The notes beneath the pieces were generated by a model. That model was not told where the DNA came from and did no database searches. It saw nothing but the letters and a program-made list of their open reading frames with translations. Below are positions 1 to 17,870 of a stretch of 64,000 bases of DNA, one piece after another. Made by a program: the position numbers and the translations under genes. The stretch is from Paraspadella gotoi (Eukaryota > Animalia > Chaetognatha): positions 13,222,741 through 13,286,740 of the forward strand of contig CM119270.1 in the NCBI GenBank assembly GCA_051294375.1, read 5' to 3'. Numbering within the stretch: position 1 is the first letter of the stretch; each line of letters starts with the position of its first letter.

Positions 1-300
1 AGTGAGACGAGCACTGTGAAGTGAGGCATTTGCTGGGAAACCAATAAAATTCCATGCGCGAAAGGTATTTTAGACCATATTCAAGAAATCTTTAAGATTT
101 CTATCTGAAAAATTTATAACATTTAATAAAATCTATACTCATGTTGTAGCCTTGTTTCACGCTATCAAGAATAAGCACTTGGGGCTAAGCCAAACTGTAG
201 ACATAAGTTTTTACTCACAAAACTAATTTATGGTCGTCAAATTGATTTTAATTTCCGTTTGTTTATAAAACGATAAAAAATAATGATCCGAACGCAAAAT

Positions 301-1198
301 TTAATTGGAGAGTTTAAGAAAAATTAACTTTTATTTTTTCTTACTTTTCTTTTCACTCTGGCTCCATTTTCTAATTGGTATTTTTATCCTCTTTCTCCTT
401 CTCTTTTTCTCATTCTCTTTATTTTCTAATTGTTATTTTTATCTCCCTTTTTCTTTTTCGCTTTATTTTTTTCTCCTTCTTTCCGTCTCTTCCTCCCCCG
501 CGTGACGCGCCTCGGTTCGCTGCTGCAAATGCTGTACCGTTGCTGCTGCTGCGGTCTTCTGCAGCTTCTCCGGTTTTGGGCTGCTGTTGCTGGTGTTGTT
601 GCTGCTGAATCAGACGCGGCTCTTAGCGCTTGTACTTTTCTTGCAACCGTAAGTTGATGCTAAAATGGCAGATCTACATATGTATGTTATTTTCGCGAGG
701 GGTAAACCTTGATCTGTTTTCAGCATCATTTAAATAACTCAACAACCTTTCTCTGTTTAAGATATTGTTTATGTCAAATATAAAATTTTTTCATTCATTC
801 ATTCATTCATTCATTCATTCATTCATTCATTCATTCATTCATTCATTCATTCATTCATTCATTCATTCATTCATTTTCTCGCTCTCAACCGGCACACAAA
901 CTCGCCTATTTTGCCCATTCCTTTTTGTTCTTCCCTGAAACAGGCCTTTTGTGACAGCCTTCTCCCCCAAAGGAAACCCCGTGACACGAGGACCCGGCAC
1001 GCGCGGGTTTAAAACGGCCCCGTGGGCAATGCGCCCACCCGCCCCTACTCCCCGCTCCATCCCACCCAACACCGCCCACTCGGTCTAAAATTCCGATCCA
1101 CAGATTCAATATTTTCGTTTAATTATCTCTTTTGTTTTTGAAACAGAAGACGAATCCTCCTCGTCTCTTTGGTGTAAAATTGCTCCTTGGTCTCTTTT

Positions 1199-1243
<45 letters not shown>

Positions 1244-2421
1244 CTCTTCTCTTCTCTCTTCTCTCTCTTCTCTCTCGTCTCTCTCTCTCTCTCTCTATCT
1301 CGTCTCTCTCATCTCTTCTCTTTGAATTATTTCAAACGTCATAAACAGATAAAAATAGACTTTCGTTTTCAATGAAAACACATAAAAGAGTAAATTAAAT
1401 TTTTTTTCTTCAGAAGTGTGGCAGGCTTTAGGACGAATACACGGATGAAAAAAAATTTTTCGGCTTTTATTTCAATTGTATGGATACGTTTATTTTTTCC
1501 CCCTAACTTTTTGGTTTTAATTTGACAGTCATTAGTTTATGTCATTTATTTTTATCTGTTTAATTGTTTGGACTGCAAGAATCACATTATAAAAAAAAGA
1601 AAGAAAAAAGATTTTCACCGTCCTTATCCTAATCACATTTTTTCTCTTGAATATCATCCTTTCATCTCTCACCTAATTATTTTTTTTTTGTGGCTGTTTC
1701 CATCTCTAAATATTTGCTTTCCTACTCATCATACAATTGTCTTGCCTCCCTCCCACATTCATTCATTCATTCTGCCTCCTGTCTCGGTTTTATCTCTCGC
1801 TCTTCTCCATCTCTTCTTCTTTCTTCTGTCCTTCTCCTCTCTTTAACCTTCAAAGTCTTTCTCTTTCCTTCTTATTATTTCCTTCTTTTCCTACTTCTGC
1901 TTCGATATTCATTTTTTTTTCCCCTTTTCTTCGTTTTTTTGCCGCCAAAAATCAAACTTCAGATTCACGTGTGAAAGAAGGAGAAGGATTTTTCCATCGG
2001 TCCCGAGGATCCCGGGCCTTTTCGGGCCAAGCGACGGGCAGCAAGAAACAGCTGCGAGAGAGAGGAGAGAGAGAGAGAGAGAGATGAGAGAGAGAGGAGA
2101 GAAAGAGAGAGAGACGAGAGAGAGAGAGCGGAGAGTAGGGGCCGCCTATGCCGGCAAAATCAAGAAGAAACGGAAGGGCAGAGTGAGGCGCGCGCCGGAA
2201 CGACGAGACATGGACGGACGGTCGACGACCACGCGCCAATTTCACCGTTTGCCATGGAAAAGAACGAATTGGGACGCTGTGTCGCTCTGCTGGCCGGCTG
2301 CTGTCGTGCCCGGGCTGCGGGGGAGCGGGGGGGGCGTGGCGCGGCAGTCGGCAAGCGGCCACTTGGAAGAGAGCGAGGAACTCTGGAAAGAGAGAACAAA
2401 AGGAGAAAGAGATTTGGAGAG

Positions 2422-2497
<76 letters not shown>

Positions 2498-2520
2498 AAG
2501 AGAGAAGAGAGAGAGAGAGA
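301..2520 (+). repeat. Left arm of inverted duplication 1 (partner 5027-7197)
   Basis: ttggagagtttaagaaaaattaact (~305) is reverse-complemented at ~7166-7190; cagattcacgtgtgaaagaaggagaagg (~1960) at ~5531-5558. Collinear throughout. The inner end lies in a (GA)n tract. Confidence 0.93.
791..874 (+). repeat. (TCAT)n tetranucleotide microsatellite
   Basis: Perfect TCAT run; mirrored as (GAAT)n at ~6603-6690. Confidence 0.97.
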
Positions 2521-2742
2521 GGCGTGTGAGGAGGCGAGAGAATCTGGCGAGGAGACTCAGCTTTTTGTCCGCGAAGTCGAGAGACAAAGAAGGAAGTGAT
2601 TGCAAAGGAGAACGACGAGAACGACGACGTAGACGACGATAACTATGACGACGCCGACGCCGACGACGACGACGTCGATGACGACGAAAACGATGCCAAC
2701 ACAAACTGGAAGGAGACGTCCCGGGACGAAAGTCTAAATCTA

Positions 2743-2791
<49 letters not shown>

Positions 2792-3400
2792 TCTCTCTCT
2801 CTCTCGTCTCTTACTCTCTGCTCTCTCTCTCTCTCTTCTTCTCTCTCCTCTCACCGCCTACCTTTTTTGGATAATGTTTTTTTCTGGAACTTATAAAAAA
2901 ATATGCCAACTATTAGAATTAAAACAAAACCAAAAAAATTACAATTTGTAAAAAAATCCTGCGACAAATATGGATCAATCGGATATTGAGACAAACGCGT
3001 AATAATAATTAAAAAAATCGTTTAATATTTAATATTTAACGAAATATTAAAAAGTTTCCCTCCGTAACGTTTCTCAACGATTCTTCGTTTCCATGGAAAC
3101 GAATACACCGAGTTGGAATTAACCGCATCGATCTTAATCGCTCGTCGAGAATCCGCTATCCGATGAATAGGAGATATCTATTTATTTCATTTTTCAATAA
3201 TAATTAAACTTGTTTTGTCCGACACTTATTCGAAGTAGAAACTCCGCAGGCACCATGATAATCTTGGAATAATATCTACAATTCTACATACAGTCTGATA
3301 GCTTAGCGAAAAATAAAACCTCGTCACGCCTAATTGAGAAATTTGTAAGCTCTATATTTTTTCGGCTTCATCGGAGTTTTGTTTTTATACTTTGTTCCTT

Positions 3401-7197
<3,797 letters not shown>

Positions 7198-7222
7198 NNN
7201 NNNNNNNNNNNNNNNNNNNNNN

Positions 7223-7945
7223 TTTGCCAACTTGCACATTTTAATTACTTTTTTTTCTTCAACTTGCCCATATAATTTTTTTCCTCTTTCAACTTGCATA
7301 ATTTTTTGAAACTTGCATTTTTAATAACTTGCAATATTTTTTTTAACTGCATTAATTTTTAACTGCATAATTTTTTAACTTTGCATTAATTTTTAACTTG
7401 CATAAATTTTTAACTGCATAATTTCTTTAACTTGCATAATATTTTTTCAACTTGCAATTAAATTTTTTTAACTCGCATATTTTTTCCAATTTGCATTAAT
7501 TTTTTTGCAACTTGCATTATTTTTTTTTTACTGCATAATTTTTTCAACTTGTATTAATTTTTTTTTTAACTTTTGGCATAATTTTTTTTCAACCTTGCAT
7601 TAATATTTTCAACTTGCATATAATTTTTTTTCAACTTGTATATAATTTTTTTAACTTGCATAATTTTCACTTTGCCATATATTTAACTTGCGCCATTTAC
7701 TTTTTTCAATTTGCATAATTTTTTCAACTTGCATTAATTTTTTCAACTTAGCATAATTTTTTCCAATTTGTTATTAATTTTTTAACTTGCATAATTTTTT
7801 TTTTAACTTGCCATAATTTTTTCAACTTTGCCAATAATTTTTTCAACCTTGCCATTATAATTATTTTTTCAACTTGCATAATTTTTTTTATACTTGCATT
7901 ATTTTTTTTAACTTACATAATTTTTTTTAACTTTGCATCATTTAT
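7223..7945 (+). repeat. ~18-20 bp tandem satellite, consensus CAACTTGCATAATTTTTT(T)
   Basis: Dozens of tandem aacttgcataattttt units; reverse-complement copy at ~13815-14581. Confidence 0.93.
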
Positions 7946-9315
7946 TTTCGACTTTTAACTATCTAGTTATCGAGTTTATCTAGTGAGCAATGAGGAATTT
8001 GAAACAGTGCTATGTCCATATCTTTTTTTCATATCGATTTCAAATAATTTTTTGTTTGGGGGAATTTCCATTTAATTATGATTTACTTGCAATATTGCCA
8101 AATAGATTTAGTAATTTTCTTGATTAGTAAAAAACTGGCGAGTCACTATACTTTTAAGATTTTTTAAATTAAGGTTTTATTGCGACTTTTTTTTAAATTT
8201 GCACTTATATTAGAAAACGTTTTGAATTTTTGAATTAAGCCCGCGGCTTCTACTTGATATTGAATAGTAAAATCAATACAGTTTCTGTGTCAATTTGATT
8301 CAAAATTGAAAAAAAAATGAAGGCTTTGACCTTTATACAAGTTTTCACCTAAAAAAACAAGTTCATTGATTGCATTTATCAAAGCAATATATAAGACTTT
8401 TGCAAGAATTTTTAACTTTGCTTTTTTCATCAGTTTCTTTTTTTTTTTAGAGAAAGACAATAAGAGGTTTCGGAAACTGTACCTAATATGTCATGATTTG
8501 GTCATTTTTTACTCAAAGAGCCAGGAGGTTTTTCTTGGAATAGGCGAAAAAATGGCCCGGGACCATGGGTCCATTTAAATACCATTTTTGGGCATGATAA
8601 AATAGGAATTTCGATCGCGCGCTCTACCATCCATTAGGCTTTCCAATACGCCAAGGCTTTTGGAAATCTGCCCATATTGACATAATTTTTTGGCTTGACC
8701 TATGCAGTTTGAATAAAAGTGAAAATATAAAGGAGTGAATTCTTGGATCGGACGCTTCGAATTCGAAACGATGCCTCTTCTCTAATTGATACCCATTTTT
8801 TCTGTTATATTAAATTTTAATATACAATTAATAATAATAAATATTAATTAACTAACTTTAAAATTGACACTTATCATCCAAGATCGGTATAGGGTATAGG
8901 GTACAGTTAAATCCGAGGAAAAAACTTTAAGAGCGCTAGAAAAGAATTAAGAGGGAGAGAGATTAGAGACTAGATAGATAGATAGATAGAGTAGATAGAT
9001 AGGATAGAGAGGAAGAAGAAGGAAAAAAGAGAGAGGAGAAGGAGAGGAAAGAGAGAAAGATATAGGAAAAAGAGAGAAAGAGAGAGAGAGAGTCCTAAAC
9101 GCATGTTTTTGCGACTCAAATTTAACTCGTTGCGTACATTAAAACCAAAAAAAAAAGAGGGAAAGGGAGGAGGAGGAGAGGGGATGAAAAAAAGGAGGAA
9201 AGAGAAAAAGAGAGGAAATGGAAAGGAGGAAAGGGAGGCAAAGGAAAGAAGAGGAGAGCCGTCTCGCCAAATGATTTTCATAAAACCTCATGCTAATGGA
9301 ATATTAATGCGCGCT

Positions 9316-10022
9316 ACGACGACGACGAAAAGAGACGATGATGGGAAGATGAAGATGGAGGAGAAAAAATGAACCGATGATATGGGGAAGACGACGTTTG
9401 ATTGGGAAGATGTATGACTGCAGGACGATGAAATGAGAGAAGCCTGACGATTGGGAGCAGCAAGACGATGATTGCAAAGATGATGATGGATGAAGACGAC
9501 GATGATGGGGGAAGTGACTATGAACGTTGAAGGGACGGGGGCAATGATGGGAAGATTTTGACGATGATGGGGAAGACGACGATGAATGGAGAAGATGACA
9601 ATGAGGAGAAGAAGGAGAAGATTGACGAATGATGGGGGGAAAGTATGACGGAGATGAATTTGGAAAAAGAATGACGATGATGGCAGAAGCAGACAATGAT
9701 GAGAAGACACAACGACAATCGATCTGGAAAAGAGATGATGAGGAGAAGGACGACAATGATGGGAATGATGACGATGATGGGTTGACGACGATAATGGGTT
9801 TAAGGTGACGATGGAATGAAGAAGACTGGATGATGGAAGAAGATGACGGATCATTTGGAGAGATGACAATGATGTAGGAGGACAACGGTGATGGAGTTTT
9901 GACGACGATGATGGAAAAGAGTTAACAATAATTGAGATGACGATGATGCGAGAAGAAGATGATGATGATGGAGGAAGAGAGAAGAGAAAGATGATATATT
10001 TATAGAGTGGACGACGTATGAT
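9316..10022 (+). repeat. Degenerate (GAT/GAC/GAA)n purine-rich low-complexity tract
   Basis: Continuous gatgatgga/gacgatgat variants; also 10485-10760 and mirrored at 10960-11200 and 11675-12365. Confidence 0.85.
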
Positions 10023-10803
10023 GGAGCAAGCGTCGATTGTGAAATTACTATGCCTTCACTAAGTTTATTTTTTCTGTCTCTCTTTAACATTTTTTAAGGC
10101 AATCAGATCTTCGCCTAAAATCTTCATGATTTGAGTATTGTTGACCATGTATTTTTTTTTATTTTACCAGTATTTTATTTTGACCGTCGTAATTTGGAGA
10201 GATATGAGACTATTTTTAGTTTAGTTCTATTAGATTCAGCCAAGAGAAACAGTTTCACTCGTCCCTATACAGTTTTACAGGACAAATTATGGATATTTTA
10301 CTGAAAATAAAGCCTTTGCATTTTGATTCAGACTTTTCCTTTCATTAATTGGCCTCGTGATTCAGCGCGGAATATCAGCGAGTTTCCATTAAAGCTCCCT
10401 CGTCAAAATACACGCGAACGAGCGAGTCTCGAAAAACACGCGGACTTCTGCGGGCGGGTGAAGCATAAAAAATAAATTACTTCACAATGATGGTTGAATG
10501 GAGGAGAAGAGAAGATGACGATGATGGGTAAGATGATTATATGAGAAGACAAACGATGAAGACGATGATGATTGGAGAAGATATTGATGATGGAAAGGCA
10601 AACGATTGAATGGGGTAAGACGATGATGTGGAAAGATAGACGACCGATGATTGGTGGAAGATAATGTGATGATGGAGATAAGTCGACGATTGATGGAGAC
10701 AGAACGACGATGCGATGGAGGAAGATGACGATGAATGATGCGAGAAGAAGACGGGTTTGGAGAGGAGAGGGACGAAGTGAGAAGAAAGAATGGAGAAAAT
10801 GGG

Positions 10804-10880
10804 ATTCTTTCTCTTCTTTTTTTTCCTCCTCCTCCGTTCGTTCGTTTGTTCTTTTTAGTTTGTTGTTGTTTGAGAGAGAT
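10804..10880 (+). other. Noisy PacBio SMRTbell hairpin adapter (technical sequence)
   Basis: Contains exact TTTTCCTCCTCCTCCGTT (10821-10838), TTGTTGTTGTT and terminal TTGAGAGAGAT (10870-10880) in the order of the adapter ATCTCTCTCTTTTCCTCCTCCTCCGTTGTTGTTGTTGAGAGAGAT, exactly at the palindrome axis. Confidence 0.92.
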
Positions 10881-13800
10881 CATTCCCTCCATTTCTCCAT
10901 TCTATTTCTTTTTCCTCACTTTCGTCCCCTCCCCCCTCTCACTTCTCCTCTCAACCCGTTTCTTCTCCATCATATCGTCATCTTCTCCATCTCTGTCGTC
11001 TTCTCCATCATCGTTCGACTTCTCCATCTATCATTATCTTCACCATCATCGTCGTCTTCTCCATCATTCGTCTTACCCATCATTCGTTTTGCCTTCTCCA
11101 TCATCATTATCTTCTCCATCATCATCTCGTTCTCATCTCGTTTTGTCTTCTCCATTCATAATCATTCTTACCCATATCGTCATCTTCTCCATCACCATCA
11201 TTGTGAAGTATTTTTTATGGCTTCACGCCCGCAGAGTCGCGGTTGTTTCGAGACCGTCGGCTCGGTTCCGTGTAATTTGACGAGGGCAGCTTTTTATGAA
11301 AACTCGCCTGAATTATTCCGCTGAATCACCGAGGCCCAATTTATTTAAGGAAAAGTCGTGAATCAAATGCAAAGGCTTGCCTTTATTTTTCAGTAAAATA
11401 TCCTATAATTTGTCCTGTAAAACTGTATATTAGCGGACGAGTGAGTGGAACCTGTTTCTTTTTCTTTGCTGAATCTAAATAAGAAACTAAAAATAGTCTC
11501 ATATCTCCTCCAAAAAATTTTACTGACGGTCAAATAAAATACTGGTTAAATAAAAAAAAATAAAATTACTGCTTCAACTCAATCATGAAGAATTTTTAGG
11601 CGAATCCTTGATTTGACCTTAAAATGTTTAAAAGGGAGACAGAAAAATTAACTTAGTGAGGCATAGTATTTCCACCAATCGTCTTCTCCATCATCGTCGT
11701 CTCACTCTATTAATCATCATCTTCTCATTCATCATCATCTTCTCCATCACGTCATCTCAATTTATGTACTCTTTTCCATCATCGTCGTCAACTCCATCAC
11801 CGTTGCTCCTACATCATTGTCATCCTTCTCAAATGATCGTCAATCTTCTCACATCATCGTCTTCTTTCATCATCCATCCGCTTGTCACCTTTTACCAATC
11901 ATCGTTCGGGGTCAACCCCATCATCGTCAGTCTTTCCCCATCATTGTCGTCTTTCTGTCTCCATCACTCATCTTTCCAATTTCTCATTCGTGTTCGGTCT
12001 TCTCCCACCATCATTGTCTGCTTCTCCATCAATCGTCATCTTTTCAATCATCGTCATAATCCCCCATCATCGTCACTTCTCCCTCATTGTCATCGTTTCT
12101 CCATTCATCGATCGTCTTCCCCATCATCGTCATCAATCTTTCCCTCATCATTTGCCGTTCTTCAACGTTCATAGTCATCTTCCCCTATTCATTCGTCGTC
12201 TTCTCCATCATCATTCTTCCAATCATCGTCTTCTTCTCCATCATCGTCCAGCTTCTCCATCATCGTCATCACATCAATCCATCAAACGTCCGTCTTCCTA
12301 TCATTCGTCATTTTCTCCATCTCATCTTCCCCATTCATCGGCTTCTTTTTTCCGTTCGTCGTCAGTTGCGCGGCATAATATTCCCATTACATGAGGTTTT
12401 ATGAATCTTGCGAACGCCTCTCCTCTTTTCTTTCTTTCCTTTCCTCCGTTTCCTCCTTTCCACTTTCTCTTTTTCTCTTTTCCTCCTTTTTCATCCCCTC
12501 CCTCCTCCTCTCTTTCCTCTTTTTTTTCCCCTCTTTTTTTTTGGTTATGCTTTACCACGAGATGCTAGCTACATTCCGTTAAATTGAAGTTCGCACAAAA
12601 AAAAACATCGCTTTAGGAAAACTCTCTCTCTCTCTCTGTTTTTTTCTCTCTCTTTTTTCTTTTTTTTGTTTTTTTTTCTAATCTCACTTCTTCTCTCCCT
12701 TTCTCTTCTCTCTCTCCCTTTTTCTCCCTCTCTCTATCTATCTATCTATTCTATCTATCATATCTATCTATCTCTATCTCTCTCCCTCTTTAACTTTTTC
12801 TACGCCTTCTTTTTAAAGTTTTTTCCCTCGATAACTGACCTAACCCTATACCATTCTCGGAAAATGAAATATAGGTCGTCAAATTTTTAAAGTTAGTTTT
12901 AAATTATATTATATTATTATTAATTGTATATTAAAATTAATATAAAACAGGAAAAAAAAATTGCGGTATCAATTAGAGATGAGCATCGTTTCGAATCGAA
13001 GTCCGATCAATATTCCTTTATATTTCAAGACCTTTTTTTTTATTCAAAAACTGCATAGTTCAGGCAAAAAAAATTTATGTCAATATGGGCAGATTTTCTT
13101 CCCAAAAGGCTTGGCGTCTTGGGGGAAAGGCCAATGGAGGTTATCGGAGCGCGTTATTCGAAATTTTCCTATTTTTTATCATGCCCCAAAAATGGTATTT
13201 TAAATGGACCTGCGTCAGGCCATTTTCCTATCCAAGAAAACTTCCTCATTGGCTTCTTGAGTAAAAATGACCAAAAATCATCATACATATTAGTACAGTT
13301 TTCCGAAAACCTTATTGTCTTCTCTACATGATGCAAATAAAAGCCAAAGTTAAAATTCTTGCAATCTTAATTGCTTGCATAAAGCAATCAAATGAACTTT
13401 GTTTTTTAGGGAAAACTGTATAGTCAAAGCCGTCCATTTTTTTCAAAATTTTGATCACAATTCGACAGAAACTTATTGATTTTTTACTATTCAAATCACG
13501 GTAGAGCGCGGGCTTTAATTCAAAACGCGTTTTGCTCAATATATGGGCAAAATTTAAAAAAAAGTCCAAATAAAAACTTATTTTAAAAATCTTTAAAAGT
13601 ATAGTGATCTCCGCCAGTTTTTACTAATCAAAGAAAAATTACGTATATATCTAATTTTGCATATTTGCAGTAAATCATAATTAAATGGAAATTCTCAAAC
13701 AAAAAATATTTTGAATCGAATATTTGAAACCAAAGATATGGACACCACATTTCAACTTCCTCACTGCCTCACTAATTAAAACCTCGATAACTAGATAGTT

Positions 13801-14581
13801 TTTTTAAAAAGTCGAAAAAATGATGCAAAGTTAATTAAAAAAAATTATTAAGTTAAAAAAATTATGCCAAAGTTATAAAAAATTTATGCAATGTTGAAAA
13901 AAATTATGCAAGTTGAAAAAATTATGCAAGCTTGAAAAAAAAATTTATGCCAAGTAAAAAAAAATTATGCAAGTTTAAAAAAATTATTATTACCAATTTG
14001 AAAAAATATTATGCTCACTGGCGTTCCATTGAAAAAATTATGCAAGCTTTGAAAAAATATATGCAAATTGGTGAAAAAAGTATGCAATCCACGTTTTTGA
14101 AAATATTATGCCAAGTTGAAAAAAAAATTATGCCAAGTTTTAAAAAAATTACTTACAAGTTTGAAAAAATTATGCAAGTGGAATGAATAATATTATGCAA
14201 GTTGTGAAAAAAATTTATGCCAAGTTAAAAAAAATTTATACAAGTTGAAAAAATTTATGCAAGTGTTAAAATAATGCATAGTTGCAAAAAAAAATATATG
14301 CAAATTTGAAAAAAAAAAATGCGAGTTTTAAAAAATTATGCAAGTTTGAAATATATATTGCAAGTAGAAATTATGCAAGTTGAAAAAAATTATGCAAGTT
14401 TATAACAAAAAAATTTATGCAAAAAGTTAAAAAATTTATGCAAGTTAAAAAATTTATGCAAGTTTTAAAAAAATTATGTGGCAAGTTAAAAAAAATTATC
14501 AAGCTTCAATCAAAATTATTATGCAAGTGAAAAAATTATGCAAGTTTTTGATGAAAAAAAACGTATGCAATAGTTTGGCAA
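10881..14581 (-). repeat. Right arm of palindrome 2
   Basis: Reverse complement of 7223-10803, ending in the (AAGTTGAAAAAAATTATGC)n satellite. Confidence 0.93.
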
Positions 14582-15030
14582 GATAAAAAGCTGTTGATTT
14601 GCCCGACGACAACAACGACGAACGACGAGCGTTCACAAATCAGAGAATCAGAACGCAACAGCGACGGAGAATAAATGAAATGCTCTACACCACGGTCGCA
14701 AGGCATGCCGAAATGAACGGAAGAGCAGAGCCAACATGTTTATCAATTTTTAAAGGGAAAAAAGAGGAGAGAAAAGCTGAACTTCGTCCGGGAGCCTCGG
14801 ACGGTTTATTTAGGCGCGAAAGTCCTCCCCCAATCCAAAGGACTCGGCCGATCTTCGGCCCTTGCTTTTGATTCCAAAAAGAGAAAAGCAAAAAAAACTT
14901 AATAAGAATTTTTTTTTTTGCGTAAAAAAAAAAAAAAAAGGCAGATAGAAAGAGAGAGAGACAGAGAGCAGAGAGAGAGTGAGAGAGAGAGAGAAAGAGG
15001 GAGAGAGAGCATGAGAAAGAGAGAGAGAGA

Positions 15031-16091
15031 CTTCTGTTTTTCTCGTCTCTGCTTCTGCTTTCGATAATTCATTTAAAGAGAAAGTAAGCAATTGTCGTCA
15101 AAAGAGAAAACGCGTTGCCAGCGACGAAGCCACCCACTTCCGGTTTCCATTATAAACTTCAAGTTTCTGAGAAATAAGAAGAAACGTCAAACAGAGGCGC
15201 GAGACAACCTCACATTCGCGCCACAAATCACGTCACCAAATCGCGCCCTACTGTACTCGAGCCTATATCGCGACAACCACAATCCGCGCCAATTATGCGC
15301 CAAAATTTTCGCCACAATACACTTCACACAATACGTGGACGAATAATAATAAAATTAATAATAAATAAAATTCATGATTTCAATCGAAATCCCTCTTACT
15401 TAATGATAATCATGTTTAATTTCAAAAAAAAGAAAAATATTTCTTAAAACCGAAGATTGGGATGACATCCTCGATTCTCCGGTTTCGAAAAAAAAATAAG
15501 AGCAATGGACCGCGAAAGAGGGCCGGTTAAAATGGCCAGCCAAAAGCCAAAGACCAGAAAGAAAAAACTCGGGCGTCGTCCCGGCCGTCGTTTCTTACGC
15601 CCTTTAACCACCCGCACTCCACCCACGCCCACGCACGAACCCTTGAAGTCCTCCACGTCATACTACGCCGACGACTCCCCACACCATCTCACGGACATCT
15701 CCAACGCCACAATGCCTATACGCCACCGATGCTTGCCTCGCCACGACGTCTCCAAGTCACGCCGGCCTTTACTGCCAAAACTCCTCGCCACGACACCTTC
15801 CAGTCACAAAGTCTCTCAGCACGCCTCCAGGCCACGAGCCTTCACACCACGACACTACCAAGCCACGACGCCTCAACGCCACAATTTCCTCCCACGGCCA
15901 CGAGCCCACACTTTCGGTTTTTCTTCCTTTTCGGGAAAAAAAAATCTTTGTTTGAGCTCTGTTATCTCCGACGTTAAATTTCTCTTTTCAACTTTTTCTT
16001 TGTTTTTTTTTTTGGTTCTTTTTTATTATTAAAATTTTCCTTGTTTGCGCGGGCTAAAAGGCTTTAAGCTAAAAGTTCAGTAGTTTTATTT

Positions 16092-16135
<44 letters not shown>

Positions 16136-16762
16136 TTTTATTTAATTATTATTTATTTATTTTATTTATTTATTCAATTTATTTATTTTCTCCCTCTCTT
16201 CTTCTTTCTCTCTTCTTTCTTTCTTCTCTCCTCTCTTCTCTCTCTCTCTCTCCCCGCCATTGCTTGTTTACCCTTGTTTTCAGGCATTGTTACTTTTATC
16301 TTTCCTTCTTTATTCTTTTTACGACGCGAATCGATTCAAAAACAACGAAACGGAGGCTCATATCATATAATAAAGGCGTCCCGACCCAACGATTCTAAAC
16401 GATCGCGACAACAACAACAACAACAACACAGACGTCAAGACGAGAATATGCAAACGACTCCTCCGCTGGTGACCGTCTCCATTTTTTTTCCCAGGAATTC
16501 GGAAATTAGCGACAAATTTTCGAAATTTTGAGGAAACAACGACAACGACAAACAACAAAGTTCCTTTATTTTCTCGTTGATTCGGTGAAGGGTTTAAATG
16601 TTTTAATTGTTTTAGTGTTAAACTGCATTTATCTTCTGCTTGACTGAACTTGAAAATCAATTTGGTTTTTTCAAGTTAAAAGAGTTTCTGTTTTCTTGCG
16701 CTTTCGTCTCTTTCTCTTTTTCCTTCTTTTCCCTTCTTATCTATTTGCCTATCCTTTCATTA

Positions 16763-16821
<59 letters not shown>

Positions 16822-16830
16822 CTCTCTCTT
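15031..16830 (+). repeat. Direct duplication, copy B of 3401-5118
   Basis: Collinear match with many single-base insertions; begins right after a (GA)n tract and ends in (CT)n. Confidence 0.93.
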
Positions 16831-17449
16831 TCTTCCAAATACCTCTCTTCCCATCTTTCTCTTTCTCAGCAAAATCAGAATTCCATAAATCAAAAAGTTG
16901 TTGAAAGACGTCAGACCGATAGGTTTACATTTTCTGTCAGTTTCCGTCAGACTCATGTGGGTCCAATATTTTATAGCAGTCCGTTGATCTGTCGGTCTTT
17001 TATTAACAATTTGATGTTTAATTTTTTATCTGAAAATAAGAAACTTATGAAATACGTCTGAGATTTAACTAAATATAGAGCTCAACCAACAGACGAGTTT
17101 TTTTGACCAAAGTATTTATTTGTTTTGTTTGTTATTGATGCGAATAAAAGGATACTTTTAGCTACTTTTTTCCGTTTCTCTTAAGAATATACGAATATTT
17201 ATATCTTATCATAATCTGGCTCGCATCAGCCAGGTTTCAATATGCCTAATCGGTTTTAATGCATCAAATCCCCTGGTTTCCCAGCTTCTCCATCGGATCG
17301 CCTTACCATCCTAAGCCTCACCGTCTCCATCCACTCCATCCACTCCATCACAGCCACCTCCGTCCTTTTCCGCCTGAACCTTCGGTTTCCCAAATCGTCT
17401 TTTCGGTTTTTGTCCATCAATCACGAGGAAAGCGAGCGATTTTCCACCT

Positions 17450-17870
17450 CTGCCGCCCTTGCTGTCTCGCTCGCTATTTCATCCCCTCATGCCTCGCTCG
17501 CTGTCTCGCTCGCTATTTCATCCCCTCATGCCTCGCTCGCTGTCTCGCTCGCTATTTCATCCCCTCATTCCGCCCTTGCTGTCTCGCTCGCTATTTCATC
17601 CCCTCATGCCGCCCTCGCTGTCTCGCTCGCTATTTCATCCCCTTATGCCTAACTCCCTGTCTCACTCGCTATTTCACCCCCTTATGCTTTACAATTACAC
17701 GCTATCTCGCTTGCTATTTTATCCCTTTATGCCTCAGTCACTGTCTTGCTTGCTTGATCTCTTTTTGCTTTACTTGTTGTCTCGCTCACTATTTCATCCC
17801 CTTATCGCATTCTCACTCGCTATTTCATTCATTTATGCCACCCTCGCGGTCTCGCTCGCTATATTTATGC
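17450..17870 (+). repeat. 39-bp minisatellite (gctgtctcgctcgctatttcatcccctcatgcctcgctc), decaying rightwards
   Basis: gctgtctcgc recurs at 17461, 17500 and onward; about 5 near-perfect units, then degenerate ones. Confidence 0.9.

Larger units (their letters stand above)
7223..10803 (+). repeat. Left arm of palindrome 2 (partner 10881-14581)
   Basis: aactatctagttatcgag (~7957) vs ctcgataactagatagtt (~13783); cttcacaatgatgg (~10480) vs ccatcattgtgaag (~11195). Both arms are indel-rich. Confidence 0.93.

Noticed and set aside
9288-12404. His/Ser/Ile-rich ORFs
   Set aside because: Products of degenerate (CAT/CGT)n low-complexity DNA.
7223-14581. Foldback transposon or hairpin telomere with satellite-tipped arms
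   Set aside because: The axis is a SMRTbell adapter and both arms show raw-read indels.
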